In this document: in pieces, positions 40,209 through 51,532 of the stretch | Numbering within the stretch: position 1 is the first letter of the stretch | Layout of the letters: the number at the start of each line of letters is the position of its first letter | NCBI GenBank assembly: GCA_965218435.1 | Contig: CBDCKW010000009.1 | Span: 192,001 to 256,000, forward strand | DNA: 64,000 bases | Reading direction: 5' to 3' | Origin: Truepera sp. | GTDB taxonomy: Bacteria; Deinococcota; Deinococci; Deinococcales; Trueperaceae | Notes under the pieces: model-generated | What the model was told of the DNA's origin: nothing | Databases searched by the model: none | What the model saw: the letters and a program-made list of their open reading frames with translations, nothing else | Translations under genes and position numbers: made by a program

Positions 40209-43200
40209 CGCCGCGTTTGCGCTAAACCCGGCACAGTCAAGTCTTGCAGCGCGTGAACGGTTAAAGGCCGCTCTTTAAGGGCGCGCAGAGCTTTGACGAG
40301 CCAGCGGGCCGCGTCGGTTGTTGTGACGTAGGGGAGACCAGCCTCGAGCGCCCTTCTGAGTTCCGGCGTGTGCAGGGTGTCAATCAGCAAATCATACTCG
40401 GGTTCTTCAGACGTTGATTCAGTTGTGACGGTAAACTCGAGCGTCCTCAATTCAGCTTTTACCTCGTCTAAACCGTCACCTAGAACGAGCGCCTTACCTG
40501 AGCTTGGCAGCTTGACGTTCGCACCCAGCAAGGCTTTGGCATACGCCATGTACGGGTCCGGGTCAATGCCCATACTCTCACCCGTCGAGCGCATCTCCGG
40601 GCCTAATACCGGCAAGACGTTCTTAAACTTGAGAAACGGCAGCACGACCTCTTTGGCGCTGTAAAACGCAGGCTGCGGCGTTTCGGTAAAGCCCAACTCA
40701 GTTAAGGATTTTCCGGCAGCAATGAGCGCGGCGTATTTGGCCAAAGGGTGCCCGATGGCTTTAGACAAGTACGGCACAGTGCGGCTGGCCCTGGGGTTGG
40801 CCTCAATGACGAGCACTTCACCGTCTTTGATGACGTACTGAATGTTGATAAGCCCGCGCACGCCGATGGCTTGGGCTAACTTGACGCTGTAGTCGTGCAA
40901 CGTCTGCATGACTTTTTCACTCAGATTGACGGGCGGGGTAATACACGCCGAGTCGCCCGAATGCACGCCTGCACCTTCGATATGCTCCATCACGCCTGCG
41001 ACGACAACCCGTTCCCCATCAGCCAGTGCGTCCACGTCAACCTCTTGCGCCCCGGCGATAAAATCGTCTACCAAGATAGACGGATTTCCCGGTAGCTCAG
41101 CGTAAACCTCATTCAGATAATGCCCCAACTCCGTCTCACTGTTAACAACCTGCATGGCCCGCCCACCGAGTACAAACGACGGCCTGACCATCACCGGATA
41201 ACCTAGGTCGGCGGCGAGTTTCGCGGCGTCCTCGGGCCTCGCTACGACGCCCCCGGCGGGTTGCGGAATGTCTAAACGTTTGCAAAGTTCGTGAAACGAA
41301 CTGCGGTCTTCGGCCTCGAAGATGGCTTGCGCGGGTGTCCCCCAAATCGGCACGCCAGCGTCAGTTAAAGGTTGCGCGAGTTTGAGCGGTGTCTGACCGC
41401 CGAGTTGGACGATGACGCCCACCGGGTTCTCCCGATCAACGATGTTGAGGACGTCCTCAAGCGTCAGCGGTTCAAAATAGAGCCGGTCGGCGGTGTCGTA
41501 GTCCGTTGACACCGTTTCCGGGTTCGAGTTGACCATGATGGTCTCATACCCGGCGGCTTTAAGCGCCCAGACCGCGTGAACGGTAGCGTAGTCGAACTCG
41601 ACGCCCTGCCCGATACGGTTCGGGCCGGAACCTAAAATCACGACTTTGGGCCGGTCCGAGTCCTCAACTTCGTCTTCCCACTCATACGTCGAGTAGTGGT
41701 ACGGCGTGTACGCCTCAAATTCAGCGGCGCAGGTGTCTACGGTTTTGTAGACCGGGGCGCTGTGATGCTCTAACCGCCACTTTCTTACGTCTCCAACCGC
41801 CGCACCCGTCAACGTCGCCAAATCCGCGTCACTAAACCCAAACCGCTTGACCTCACGCCAGGTTTCCCAGTTCCACGCTTTAGGATTGCCGAGCGCCGTA
41901 ATCTCCTGCTCGACTTCGGTAATCTCTTTAAGCTGAGAGAGAAACCACGGATCAATCGCGGTTTTGTCGTGTAAGAACCTCACGCTTTTACCGCGCCGTA
42001 AAAGTTCTAACAAGGCCGGGAGACGTTTGGGGGTCGCGGTGAGGCGGGCCTCGAGTTCAGCCAGCCCCAACTTGCCCGTTTCGGTGCGGACATCGGACTC
42101 CAACGACCGGAGCGCCTTTTGCAGCGACTCCTTAAAGGTGCGGCCAATCGCCATGACTTCCCCAACCGAGCGCATCTGTGTGCCTAGCAGGTCGGTAGTG
42201 CCGGGAAACTTTTCAAAGGCAAAACGCGGAATCTTGGTTACGACGTAATCAATCGAAGGCTCAAACGCCGCCTTGGTCTCCTGGGTGATGTCGTTCGGCA
42301 ACTCGTCTAGGTGATAACCAACTGCCAGCAACGCTGCAATCTTTGCTATTGGATAGCCTGTTGCTTTAGATGCCAGCGCCGACGAGCGTGATACCCGTGG
42401 GTTCATCTCGATGACAATCACATCGCCGTCTTTGGGGTTGACTGCAAACTGAATGTTCGAGCCGCCCGTGTCTACGCCGATTTCGCGGATGATCGCAATC
42501 GAATAGTCGCGGAGCCGCTGATACTCTTTGTCCGACAGGGTTTGCGCCGGGGCTACGGTGATGGAGTCGCCGGTATGAACACCCATCGGGTCGAGGTTTT
42601 CAATCGAGCAGATGATGACGACCGTATCGTTATGGTCGCGCATGACCTCGAGCTCGTACTCTTTCCAGCCCAACACCGACTGCTCGACCAACACCGAATG
42701 CACCGGCGAGTCGTGCAGTCCTTGCTTGACGATCTCCCGAAACTCGGCCTCGTCGTAAGCGACGCCGCCACCCGTGCCGCCGAGCGTAAACGAGGGCCGG
42801 ATGATGGCCGGATAGCCGATGGTCTCAGTAAATGCTAAAGCTTCGCTGAGTGACGTGACCATCTTCCCGGCAGGTGTTTTGATGCCAATTTTGGCCATCG
42901 CTGCTTGAAACAGTTGCCGGTCTTCACCTTTATTGATGGCGTCGTAATTCGCACCGATGAGTTCAACGCCGTATTTTTCTAATGTGCCGGTTTCAAACAG
43001 GGTTTTAGCTAAATTCAGCGCCGTTTGTCCGCCCAAAGTCGGTAACAGGGCGTCGGGCCGCTCGGCAGCGATCACTTTTTCGGCAACTTCGGGGGTGAGG
43101 GGCTCGAGGTACGTTCTATCGGCTACCTCCGGGTCGGTCATGATCGTCGCCGGGTTTGAGTTGATCAGCGTCACCGTAAACCCGGCGGCGCGGAGGGCTT

Positions 43201-43303
43201 TACACGCCTGCGTGCCGGAATAGTCGAACTCGGCGGCTTGCCCGATGACGATGGGGCCGCTGCCGAGAATTAGGATTTTTTGGAGGTCGTCGCGTTTAGG
43301 CAT
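40205..43303 (-). CDS. carB: Carbamoyl-phosphate synthase large subunit
   Basis: [30 protein letters not shown]; two ATP-grasp halves; short C-terminal domain. Confidence 0.97.
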   Translation of the reverse strand: MPKRDDLQKILILGSGPIVIGQAAEFDYSGTQACKALRAAGFTVTLINSNPATIMTDPEVADRTYLEPLTPEVAEKVIAAERPDALLPTLGGQTALNLAKTLFETGTLEKYGVELIGANYDAINKGEDRQLFQAAMAKIGIKTPAGKMVTSLSEALAFTETIGYPAIIRPSFTLGGTGGGVAYDEAEFREIVKQGLHDSPVHSVLVEQSVLGWKEYELEVMRDHNDTVVIICSIENLDPMGVHTGDSITVAPAQTLSDKEYQRLRDYSIAIIREIGVDTGGSNIQFAVNPKDGDVIVIEMNPRVSRSSALASKATGYPIAKIAALLAVGYHLDELPNDITQETKAAFEPSIDYVVTKIPRFAFEKFPGTTDLLGTQMRSVGEVMAIGRTFKESLQKALRSLESDVRTETGKLGLAELEARLTATPKRLPALLELLRRGKSVRFLHDKTAIDPWFLSQLKEITEVEQEITALGNPKAWNWETWREVKRFGFSDADLATLTGAAVGDVRKWRLEHHSAPVYKTVDTCAAEFEAYTPYHYSTYEWEDEVEDSDRPKVVILGSGPNRIGQGVEFDYATVHAVWALKAAGYETIMVNSNPETVSTDYDTADRLYFEPLTLEDVLNIVDRENPVGVIVQLGGQTPLKLAQPLTDAGVPIWGTPAQAIFEAEDRSSFHELCKRLDIPQPAGGVVARPEDAAKLAADLGYPVMVRPSFVLGGRAMQVVNSETELGHYLNEVYAELPGNPSILVDDFIAGAQEVDVDALADGERVVVAGVMEHIEGAGVHSGDSACITPPVNLSEKVMQTLHDYSVKLAQAIGVRGLINIQYVIKDGEVLVIEANPRASRTVPYLSKAIGHPLAKYAALIAAGKSLTELGFTETPQPAFYSAKEVVLPFLKFKNVLPVLGPEMRSTGESMGIDPDPYMAYAKALLGANVKLPSSGKALVLGDGLDEVKAELRTLEFTVTTESTSEEPEYDLLIDTLHTPELRRALEAGLPYVTTTDAARWLVKALRALKERPLTVHALQDLTVPGLAQTRR

Positions 43304-43428
43304 ACCAAGGATTGACCATAACATGCATAAAAATGTAATGCACTAACATTTAAGCAGTACGTCCAGGGCTTACGCATATGGCTTGCAGCGAGGTTTTTAC
43401 ATCAGAACAAGGTACAGTGTCCAACATC

Positions 43429-43898
43429 GTGGCAACGGTTCACCTCATCTGTGGCTTTCTTGGTGCTGGAAAAACAACCTTCTCCCAAGCTCTCGCGGAG
43501 CAAAGATCAGCTGTGAAGTTCTCAGTTGACGAACTTTATTTACAAATTTTTACGGACGAACCGACGCGGGAGCTAGACGCCCAAGCTTTTGACCGTCTGT
43601 TACTCATGCTCAACGGTGTCTGGCCGCAAATTATAAAAGCAGGGGTGGATGTGGTCCTCGACTTTGGGTTTTGGCGTCGGGCCTTCCGCGATGACATCCG
43701 GGATAGGGCAAGCTTAGTTGGCGCGGAGACAAGGCTCTACTGGCTACAATGCCCTGATGATGTCGCTTTAGCCCGGTGTTTGCAGCGAAATGGTCTACCG
43801 GGACCTTTCTTATCACAGCGCAGGACTATAGAGAGCTTAAAGCAGGGTTCGAGCCGCCAGCTTCTGATGAGGCGAGCGAGACGATCAACACGGGCTAG
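43429..43898 (+). pseudogene. AAA_33-like P-loop kinase, probably frameshifted near the 3' end
   Basis: GFLGAGKTT and VVLDFGFW; the expected tail ...FEPPASDE lies in another frame from ~43803 (stop at 43896-43898). Confidence 0.6.
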
Positions 43899-43983
43899 TT
43901 CCCTGCTTGGATAAAAAGCTCTGGTAATACGTCTTTGCCTAAAAGTTTATTGTGTTGCCGTTTTTGAGTATAATGAGTTTACG

Positions 43984-44526
43984 ATGACAGCCGAAAAACG
44001 TAAACTCACCGTAAAAGACTTTGTGCTGATGGGAGAGACCGGCGTATTTGCGCCGGACGAGCGCGTTGAGCTGTTAGACGGGGAGATTTATACGATGTCG
44101 CCACCGAGTAGTAAACACGCTGCGTGGGTAGACCGCATTATGAAGGCGCTTGAAAGTAGCGTCGGCGACCGCACTATCATACGGGTGCAAAGCCCGGTTG
44201 GGCTTTCCGAACACGATACCCCCGAGCCGGACGTAGCCGTGCTTGCACCCAAGGCGGACTTTTACGAAACCGAACTGCCGGGGGCAAGTGACACCTATCT
44301 AGTCGTTGAGGTAAGTCTAAGCACGCTACGTGAAGACCGCAACCGCAAACTTTCTGTCTACGCTCGTACCGGCGTGCCGGAATACTGGCTTGTTAACCTT
44401 GAAGCGCGGCAGCTCGAGGTCTACCGTGAACCTAAAGATGGATACTACCGGATCAGGATGCTTTTGAGTCTAGATGAAGCCGTCACGCCTAGTGCAATTC
44501 CTAATGCGTCAGAAATCGTCTTCTGA
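43984..44526 (+). CDS. Uma2 family endonuclease
   Basis: RVELLDGEI, PEPD, VVEVS, YARTGVPEYWLVNL. Confidence 0.93.
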   Translation: MTAEKRKLTVKDFVLMGETGVFAPDERVELLDGEIYTMSPPSSKHAAWVDRIMKALESSVGDRTIIRVQSPVGLSEHDTPEPDVAVLAPKADFYETELPGASDTYLVVEVSLSTLREDRNRKLSVYARTGVPEYWLVNLEARQLEVYREPKDGYYRIRMLLSLDEAVTPSAIPNASEIVF

Positions 44527-44766
44527 ATCGCCTAAATCTTCTTCCCCGTCAAGCTCCAAGACAAACTCTTCATCCCCAACCCGCACTACGTCGCCCTCAT
44601 GCAGTTTGCGTTTGCGCCTTGTTTCAACCTCACCATTCACCGAAACTTGCCCGGACTGGATTAAAAGCTTGGCCTGTCCACCGGTTCCGGCCAGCCCGGA
44701 GAGCTTGAGCGCGTCGTTTAGGGTGATGGCTTCTGCTAAAAAGGTATCTTGCTCTGTCTCTGTCAT
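44509..44766 (-). CDS. S4-domain RNA-binding protein (YaaA/YbcJ-like)
   Basis: TGGQAKLLIQSGQVSVNGEVETRRKRKL. Confidence 0.9.
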   Translation of the reverse strand: MTETEQDTFLAEAITLNDALKLSGLAGTGGQAKLLIQSGQVSVNGEVETRRKRKLHEGDVVRVGDEEFVLELDGEEDLGDSEDDF

Positions 44767-44781
44767 GTTGTCCTTCGTTTT

Positions 44782-45684
44782 CTAACTCACTGCTCTTTTT
44801 TGAGAGAGTTCTGCTATCGTCGGCGCTGCGGGGTACGAGCCCAAAAATTTGACGAACGCCGCGCGGCGCATCAGGCCGGTGATAGCTTCTTGGACGTTAT
44901 CGTCATCTAAATGACCTTCGATGTCTAAATAAAAGAGATAGCTCCACGGCTTGTCACGGCGCGGGCGAGACTCGAGCTTGGTCATATTGACGCCGTTTTG
45001 CGGAAAAACTTCTAGGCAGCGCACCAAATCGCCGGGGCGGTGGCGGGTGGCAATTACCAAACTCGATTTATGCAAGCCTTCGCCCCTCGGCGCTTCATCC
45101 GGCCCCAAGACAAAAAAGCGCGTGTAGTTAAAATCCATATCTTCGATGTTTTCAGCTAAGACCGTAAGGCCGTAAATCTCGGCACTCCGTTTTGACGCAA
45201 TCGCAGCGTGCCCCCCGGCAGTTCCTGCTTTGACGCGTTCGCCCAAAAGTTTGGCGGCCCCGGCGGTATCGAAGTCGGTGACGGCTTCAAACCCGCGCCT
45301 CGAGAGGTAGCCCCGGCACTGCTCGAGCGCCTGCGTATGGCTGTAGACGCGCTTGACCTCCCCCAGCGTCGTTCCAGGGGGGGCCAACAGCGTGTGCTCG
45401 ACCCGTACGACCTGTTCGCCGATGACATGCAACACCGAATCCGTCAGCAAGTCGTAGGTCTGATTGATCGAACCCGCTAACGAGTTTTCAACCGGCAAAC
45501 AGGCGTAGTCGCACTCGCCTAACACTGCTGCCTGAAACCCGTCAAAAAAAGTTGGGTAGCCGACGGCCTCCGCTTCCGGTAAAAACTGCAGCGCGGCCTG
45601 CTGACTGAACGCGCCCGCCACACCCTGAAAGGCGATACGCGCGGCCCGATTGTTGTCAAGGGGTAGAGCAGAGCGAGACACCAT
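44782..45684 (-). CDS. pheA: Prephenate dehydratase
   Basis: AFQGVAGAFS, PVENSLAG, NYTRF; ACT domain KLESRP. Confidence 0.93.
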   Translation of the reverse strand: MVSRSALPLDNNRAARIAFQGVAGAFSQQAALQFLPEAEAVGYPTFFDGFQAAVLGECDYACLPVENSLAGSINQTYDLLTDSVLHVIGEQVVRVEHTLLAPPGTTLGEVKRVYSHTQALEQCRGYLSRRGFEAVTDFDTAGAAKLLGERVKAGTAGGHAAIASKRSAEIYGLTVLAENIEDMDFNYTRFFVLGPDEAPRGEGLHKSSLVIATRHRPGDLVRCLEVFPQNGVNMTKLESRPRRDKPWSYLFYLDIEGHLDDDNVQEAITGLMRRAAFVKFLGSYPAAPTIAELSQKRAVS

Positions 45685-46197
45685 AACGGCAAACTCTACC
45701 ACTCACACCGGACGTGGCCCGTCAGATGAGGTGCAAAGAGAGCAGTAACTTGGTTAAACACTTGCAAAGAAGCGGTTAAAGATGAAAATAAGAATTGACA
45801 ACGAGAATTGAGGAGAGAGAAGGCAATAGAGAAGTTCTCCATCTTCTACATTTTTTGGCTTACAAACTACCGATTGATTCCGGTACTTCGGTCAAGCGTA
45901 AGCCCAAATCCAGGTTGGGTAGAGCGCCCCTGAGAGCTGCGCGTTACTTCCCCACCGTCACTGCTACGCGCTTCAACCCTACGGTTTGCTAAGCAGCTCG
46001 CAAAGAAGGCCAAACCAACTAGCAGCGTTGCTGCTATAAGAAAGTTGCTCCACCTCGCTTAGGGCGTTATCAACCATGACACGCCCTTTGAGCCTGGTTT
46101 CGCTAAACCTTAACGTAGTAGCTGGGTTCTCAGTTCCGACTTCTTTCTGCGATACGAAACGCCGCGAACGCCCCGACTGACTTTGGAATAGCGGCAC

Positions 46198-47088
46198 TTA
46201 CTTGGGCTGTTTGACAAACACCGGATAACGCCCCCGCTGCTCAAAACCGATAGATTCATAGATGCGCACGAGTTTCGGGTCGCGCTGCGTGACGAGCGTT
46301 TGCAACCGGGCGAAGGGGCTCCGGGCGGCGAGCTCTTGCATACTCGAGAGTAAGAGCCGCTGCAACATCGCTGCCGAGTCGCGGTGCTCAGCCAATACGC
46401 CCGCCGACGTGAGGTAGTACACGCCGTCAATACTGTCTTCTAACACGCCGTAAAACGCGTACCCAACCGGCTCTTGGTCGAGGGTCTGAGAGGCCAGAAA
46501 CCACAAGTTCGGGTGAAAGGGGCCACGCCAGCGTTTGAGCCACGCCCAAAACGCTTCGGACGGCCTAAAGCCCTCACCTTGTTCAAAGACGCTTTGAAAC
46601 TGCTCGTCGCTCTCTTCGCTCCACGCCTCGAGCACCAAAGGTGTACCGAGCGGTGGGAGTTCAGCCAGGTCGAACTCCAAATCAACCGCCTGCCGACCTT
46701 CAAAGCCGAGCGCGGTTAAAACCGGCTCGAGCATCTCGAGGCGGGCCGGTGACACGTTATAGAGCGGGCAGTGAACAGCCTCGTGGTCGAACTTGTCTAA
46801 GAGGTACTCGAGCAAGGTTGTTAGATCGTCAGCGGATTGCTTGAACCAAAGATTGCTTAAAAGTAGGTTCTGGTCGTCTTCTTCAGGCTCCGGGGCCTGC
46901 ACATATGCCCCGGCGAGCGGCACGTCACCCGGCGCAAAGAGGATAAAACAGTTTTCGGCCTCGCTTGCAGGGTCATGAAAGGCGCGCATACTCTGCCGCG
47001 CAAACGCGCGTGGGTCGCTGTGACCTAAAAATTCGTAAGATGAGGCGAGAAACCACTCGAGTTCGTCGGGGGAGGTAGAGCGAATCAC
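46198..47088 (-). CDS. Hypothetical protein with a GNAT-like C-terminus
   Basis: AGVLAEHR...IYESIGFE resembles GNAT motifs A/B. Confidence 0.65.
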   Translation of the reverse strand: MIRSTSPDELEWFLASSYEFLGHSDPRAFARQSMRAFHDPASEAENCFILFAPGDVPLAGAYVQAPEPEEDDQNLLLSNLWFKQSADDLTTLLEYLLDKFDHEAVHCPLYNVSPARLEMLEPVLTALGFEGRQAVDLEFDLAELPPLGTPLVLEAWSEESDEQFQSVFEQGEGFRPSEAFWAWLKRWRGPFHPNLWFLASQTLDQEPVGYAFYGVLEDSIDGVYYLTSAGVLAEHRDSAAMLQRLLLSSMQELAARSPFARLQTLVTQRDPKLVRIYESIGFEQRGRYPVFVKQPK

Positions 47089-47241
47089 TGTAGCGCACTT
47101 TACCGCACAGCAGGCCGGTTACAGAAGTGGTTTTACGGAACTCGGCGGCGAGCCTTACGGTAAACTCCGGGGATGGCCGTTTTCCCTGACCTCGACCCTA
47201 TGAAATTAGAAACGTAACTGGACCCAAGTGAGTCAACCGAG

Positions 47242-47745
47242 ATGAGTAAACCGAGAATTATCGGCGGCACCGCGAAGGGCCGCGTGTTAGAGGTACCCAA
47301 AAGCGGCACCCGCCCGAGTCCGAGCCGGATGCGTGAGGCGTTATTTAACATCCTCGGGTTTCGGCCCAGAGGGACCTTTTTAGACCTCTACAGCGGGACG
47401 GGGGCCGTGGGCCTCGAGGCTGCCTCACGCGGCTGGGCGGCAACGTGCGTGGACCTCTCCAAAGAGGCGGCGGGCGTCATCCGTAAAAATGTTCAGGCGC
47501 TTCACCTGGACGTTGGGGTCGTTCAGGGGGACGCGCTCGCTTACACCAAAAAACATCCGGGCGGCTTTGATGTGGTCTTTGCCGCGCCGCCTTATCCGCT
47601 CGAGCTCGAGCATATTTTTGAGACGATTGTCGCCGCTGAGGTTGCCACCTCGCTCTACGTGTTTCAACATCCGGCGGCGCTGACGCTGTTGGGTGAGAGG
47701 CGCATCTACGGGACGAACGCGCTGACGCTGCTCGAGGTTGACTAA
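47242..47745 (+). CDS. rsmD: RsmD family rRNA methyltransferase
   Basis: RIIGG, TRP, REALFN, LDLYSGTG, EAASRG, PPY. Confidence 0.9.
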   Translation: MSKPRIIGGTAKGRVLEVPKSGTRPSPSRMREALFNILGFRPRGTFLDLYSGTGAVGLEAASRGWAATCVDLSKEAAGVIRKNVQALHLDVGVVQGDALAYTKKHPGGFDVVFAAPPYPLELEHIFETIVAAEVATSLYVFQHPAALTLLGERRIYGTNALTLLEVD

Positions 47746-47862
47746 CCCGTTCCAACTGAACTTGTCTTTAACGTCACTACGCCTTCTTACACTATCTTAT
47801 AGGGCGGTTTCATCGTGAATCTGACATATCCATGAGGCAAGCTGTGACAGACTGGTGCAGAT

Positions 47863-49701
47863 ATGGCTGAGCCGAGCTTTTACGTCGCCCTTCTTATCGC
47901 ACTCGGAGCCGCCGCTCAGTGGCTCGCGTGGCGCGTCAACCTCCCGGCAATCTTGCCGCTGCTACTCATCGGGTTTGTGGTCGGACCCTTGACAGGGCTC
48001 GTGCATCCGCTCGAGTTTATCAGCGAGGACCTGCTCTTTCCGGCGGTCGGGTTAGCCGTCGGGCTGATCCTTTTTGAAGGTGGCCTGACCCTTAAGCTCC
48101 CCGAAGTCCGGGAGGTGCGGCGCGTCGTCCTAAACCTCATCAGCGTCGGGGCGCTGATCACTTGGCTGCTGGTGACGCTGGCGAGCCACCTCTTAATCGG
48201 CCTCCCTTTCTCTATCGCGCTCCTCTTCGGGGCGCTCGTGATCGTTACCGGGCCAACCGTGATCGGGCCGCTGATGCGCAGCGTTCGGGCCGCGCCGCGG
48301 GTCGCCAATATCCTCAAGTGGGAGGGCATCTTAATTGACCCGCTCGGGGCGCTCGTTGCCGTACTGGTTTTTGAGTTTTTGCTGCTGGGCAATAGTGACA
48401 CAGCCGTCGGTCATACCTTATCGTCCCTCATTCTTTTTGTCGTGGTCGGCGCTTTAGTCGGCGGCGTCGGCGGGCTCGCCTTTACCTTTTTGCTCCGCCG
48501 CCGCCTTATCCCCGACTATCTGACGAACCTGGTGGCGTTGGCCCTCGTGTTTAGCGTCTACGCGCTTTCAAACCTCTTGTCCCCAGAATCTGGACTGCTC
48601 GCCACGACCGTGATGGGGATGCTGATGGCGAACCTGCGCGCCCCCAACATCGGTGAGATTTTAACCTTCAAAGAAGACCTGAGCCTGCTCTTTATCTCGC
48701 TGCTCTTTATTGTGCTGGCGGCCAACATCGAGTTGAGTTCGTTTGTCGCTGCGCTCACCTGGCAGAGTCTGGCTCTGGTCGGCGTCATTATGTTTATCGT
48801 GCGGCCCATCAACGTTTTTGTCAGCACGGTAGGCTCGCCCTTGTCGTGGCGTGAAAAGCTCTTTTTGTCGTGGATTGCGCCGCGGGGCATCGTCGCGGCG
48901 TCGGTGACGTCACTTTTTGCCTCACGTTTGACCAGGGCCGATGTCGGCGGCGCTGAGGTGCTCGTCCCACTGGTCTTTATCATTATCGTCGGCAGTGTGA
49001 CCTTAAACAGCTTGACGGCTAAACCGGTGGCGCGACTCTTGGGCGTCGCCGAGCCGGAACCGCAGGGCGTGCTGCTCCTGGGCGCACACACCGTCGCGCG
49101 GCAAATCGCCGACTTTTTGCAAACGGAAGGGTTTACCACCCTGGTCGCTGATACGAACTACGCCAACATCGCAACAGCGCGTCTGGCAGGGCTTAACGCC
49201 TACTACGGCAGTCCGCTTTCGGGCCGCGCCGACGAAGAGATGCGGCTCTCGGGTATCGGCAAGTTGCTGGCGCTGACCTCCAACGATGAGGCGAACGCGC
49301 TGACTGCGATGAAGTTTACCCGCACCTTTGACTCGACGCACGTGTTTCAGCTTAAACCGGGTGAAAGTGACCGCAATACTTTAGACGAAGCGCGTAGGGG
49401 TAGGCTGATTTTTGGTTCGGGGACGACCTTTGACGAACTTATCGAACATTTTCGCAGCGGTGAACTTAAAAAGACGACCTTGACCGAAGCGTTTACCCGC
49501 AAAGACTTTGAAGCGCAGAACGAGGGGTTTATGCCGCTCTTTGTCATCCGCGGTAAAACCCTCGTGGTGGTGTCGGGGGCGTCACTCGAGCTTGCGCTCG
49601 GAGACACCCTCGTCTCGCTCGTCCCGAACAAAGTCGAAACTGCAAAAGATGAAGGTGAGAGGCTCGAGACAGACCTGGGAGCCGTGGCGCTCGGGATTTG
49701 A
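47863..49701 (+). CDS. CPA1 (NhaP-type) cation:proton antiporter with C-terminal RCK-like domain
   Basis: LFEGG, TGPTV, WEGILIDP, PRGIVAA. Confidence 0.9.
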   Translation: MAEPSFYVALLIALGAAAQWLAWRVNLPAILPLLLIGFVVGPLTGLVHPLEFISEDLLFPAVGLAVGLILFEGGLTLKLPEVREVRRVVLNLISVGALITWLLVTLASHLLIGLPFSIALLFGALVIVTGPTVIGPLMRSVRAAPRVANILKWEGILIDPLGALVAVLVFEFLLLGNSDTAVGHTLSSLILFVVVGALVGGVGGLAFTFLLRRRLIPDYLTNLVALALVFSVYALSNLLSPESGLLATTVMGMLMANLRAPNIGEILTFKEDLSLLFISLLFIVLAANIELSSFVAALTWQSLALVGVIMFIVRPINVFVSTVGSPLSWREKLFLSWIAPRGIVAASVTSLFASRLTRADVGGAEVLVPLVFIIIVGSVTLNSLTAKPVARLLGVAEPEPQGVLLLGAHTVARQIADFLQTEGFTTLVADTNYANIATARLAGLNAYYGSPLSGRADEEMRLSGIGKLLALTSNDEANALTAMKFTRTFDSTHVFQLKPGESDRNTLDEARRGRLIFGSGTTFDELIEHFRSGELKKTTLTEAFTRKDFEAQNEGFMPLFVIRGKTLVVVSGASLELALGDTLVSLVPNKVETAKDEGERLETDLGAVALGI

Positions 49702-49859
49702 GGTTTTAACCGAGACGACGGAAAACCCCACAACCTCAGCGTTGCGAGGTTCATTCACGTCAGCGTTTTGTAAGCTACTAACTTCTGAATTCTGTCTACT
49801 GAATTCTTATTTTCTTGCATCCTGCGGCTAACGCTCCCGGCTACGCAGGTCACCAATCC

Positions 49860-50564
49860 CTAATCTGTTGACTCGTCTAAAAACTGTTGCAGCTTCGCCT
49901 TATCCACCGCAATCGGAGCGCGGCGGCGGCGGACTGCGCCGTATTCTAAGAGCCGCGCCAAACAGTGCGAGACCGTCTCACGCGTCGCGCCGATCATCTT
50001 GGATAAGTCTTGTTGCGTCAGATTGAGGTCAATGACCGTGCCGCGGTCGCCCTCTTTACCAAAGTCGTGCGCGAGGCGTAAGAGGAGGTTGGCGAGGCGA
50101 CCGGGCGCGTCGAACGCGCCGACCTCGGCAAAGCGTGTTTGCGCTTGCCAGAGGTTGGTGGACATAACCTGGATAAATTTCATGGCAATTTTGGGCTGCT
50201 GCGTAATCAGGCGCTGAAAATCGTCTTCGGGTAACACGATCAGGGTTGTATCCATCACCGCTTCGGCCTGGTTGGGGCGGCGCTCGGATGGGAGCAGCAG
50301 CAGCTCACCGAAGGCGTCGTATTTGCCGAAGAGCGCCAGAATCATCTCTTTGCCGTTGGGAAAATACATCGAGATTTTGACCATGCCCTCGCGGATAAAG
50401 TAGAGCGCGTCGGCGGGGTCCTCCATGTGATAGATCACGTCGCCGGCTTTGAAACGTTTGTAAGGGGTAATGCGCGAGAGGCTCTCGAGTTCTTCTTCTG
50501 AGAGGTCTTCGAACAGTTGTGTGTTCTTTAAGTGCCAGACTAAACTGGGATACTCTTGCGTCAT
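49860..50564 (-). CDS. Crp/Fnr family transcriptional regulator
   Basis: cNMP domain (FGE) and HTH TQQDLSKMIGATRETVS. Confidence 0.93.
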   Translation of the reverse strand: MTQEYPSLVWHLKNTQLFEDLSEEELESLSRITPYKRFKAGDVIYHMEDPADALYFIREGMVKISMYFPNGKEMILALFGKYDAFGELLLLPSERRPNQAEAVMDTTLIVLPEDDFQRLITQQPKIAMKFIQVMSTNLWQAQTRFAEVGAFDAPGRLANLLLRLAHDFGKEGDRGTVIDLNLTQQDLSKMIGATRETVSHCLARLLEYGAVRRRRAPIAVDKAKLQQFLDESTD

Positions 50565-50666
50565 GGAAGTAGTGTAGCGCAGTACTTATTCATTTTATTC
50601 ACATTCCTCACGTGACAAATCTTACTCCTTAAACTCAGGTAAAAGAACCTGTTCAACACGTAAAAG

Positions 50667-51017
50667 TTAAGACTCATCTTCAGCCGTGAGCTGTGCGCCA
50701 CACGCGTCCCACTCGTCAAAGCTGCCCGGTTCACGGTAAAAGGGCAACCCGCGCAGGTAACCCGAGCGGGCGATGGCGTAGGCTGACAGCGGCGCGGTCA
50801 AAAAGAAAAACGCAGTGATCAAAACGATCCGCGACACGGCTAAGGGCGTCCCGAAGTCGAGCGCCGCCGCCACAAAGATACCGACGCCACCAAGGGTGAC
50901 GAGCTTGGTCGAGGCGTGCAGGCGGGTATAAAAGTCGGGGAACCGGAGCATCCCGATAGCGGCGGCTAAAACAAAAAAACTGCCGAACAGGAGAAACAGG
51001 TCGGTTATGAGTTTCAT
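50667..51017 (-). CDS. mrpG: Mrp Na+/H+ antiporter subunit G
   Basis: RFPDFYTRLHASTK; LTAP. Confidence 0.92.
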   Translation of the reverse strand: MKLITDLFLLFGSFFVLAAAIGMLRFPDFYTRLHASTKLVTLGGVGIFVAAALDFGTPLAVSRIVLITAFFFLTAPLSAYAIARSGYLRGLPFYREPGSFDEWDACGAQLTAEDES

Positions 51018-51024
51018 ATAAGGT

Positions 51025-51282
51025 TCACTCGAGCACCCGGTGCAAGAGCAGGTAACGGGTCAGCGCAATCGTCGTTAAAAAACCCAAGATAGACACCAGC
51101 AGCGCCACATCGAGAAAACTTTCAAAGCCGGTGCGTATCGCCAGCACCACGATCAGCACCGCCAAGTTGACCGACAAAAAATCGAAGGCGGTAAGCCGGT
51201 CGCCCCACGACGGTCCCCGAATGACGCGGTAAACAGCGACAGCTACCGCGAGCAGCAGACAAACAAGCGCAAGTGTCGTCAT
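51025..51282 (-). CDS. mrpF: Mrp antiporter subunit F
   Basis: RGPSWGDRLTAFD; 3 TM segments. Confidence 0.9.
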   Translation of the reverse strand: MTTLALVCLLLAVAVAVYRVIRGPSWGDRLTAFDFLSVNLAVLIVVLAIRTGFESFLDVALLVSILGFLTTIALTRYLLLHRVLE

Positions 51283-51532
51283 CTAAGCCCCTTTCTTGTC
51301 AGGCAACGGCTATCTAAGTTTGGTCTTCTCGGACGTTTCAGTAACTTACCGGCACGTTTGCGAGAGATGAACACCACGATCATCTCAGCGTGTATGCGCT
51401 GGTCAGTAAAAGTTGCACTGAGAGCCTTTCCGACCAGATGACGGGTGCTCCCCAAGGTGTGCCTGCTACTAAACGCACAAGCAGCGCAGTGACCCCAAGC
51501 ACCCCCCAGCGTTTCATTAACAGCGTAAAGCG

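Noticed and set aside
40205..40520. Short CarB C-terminal domain and no adjacent carA
   Set aside because: The frame is intact; probably lineage-typical rather than a lesion.
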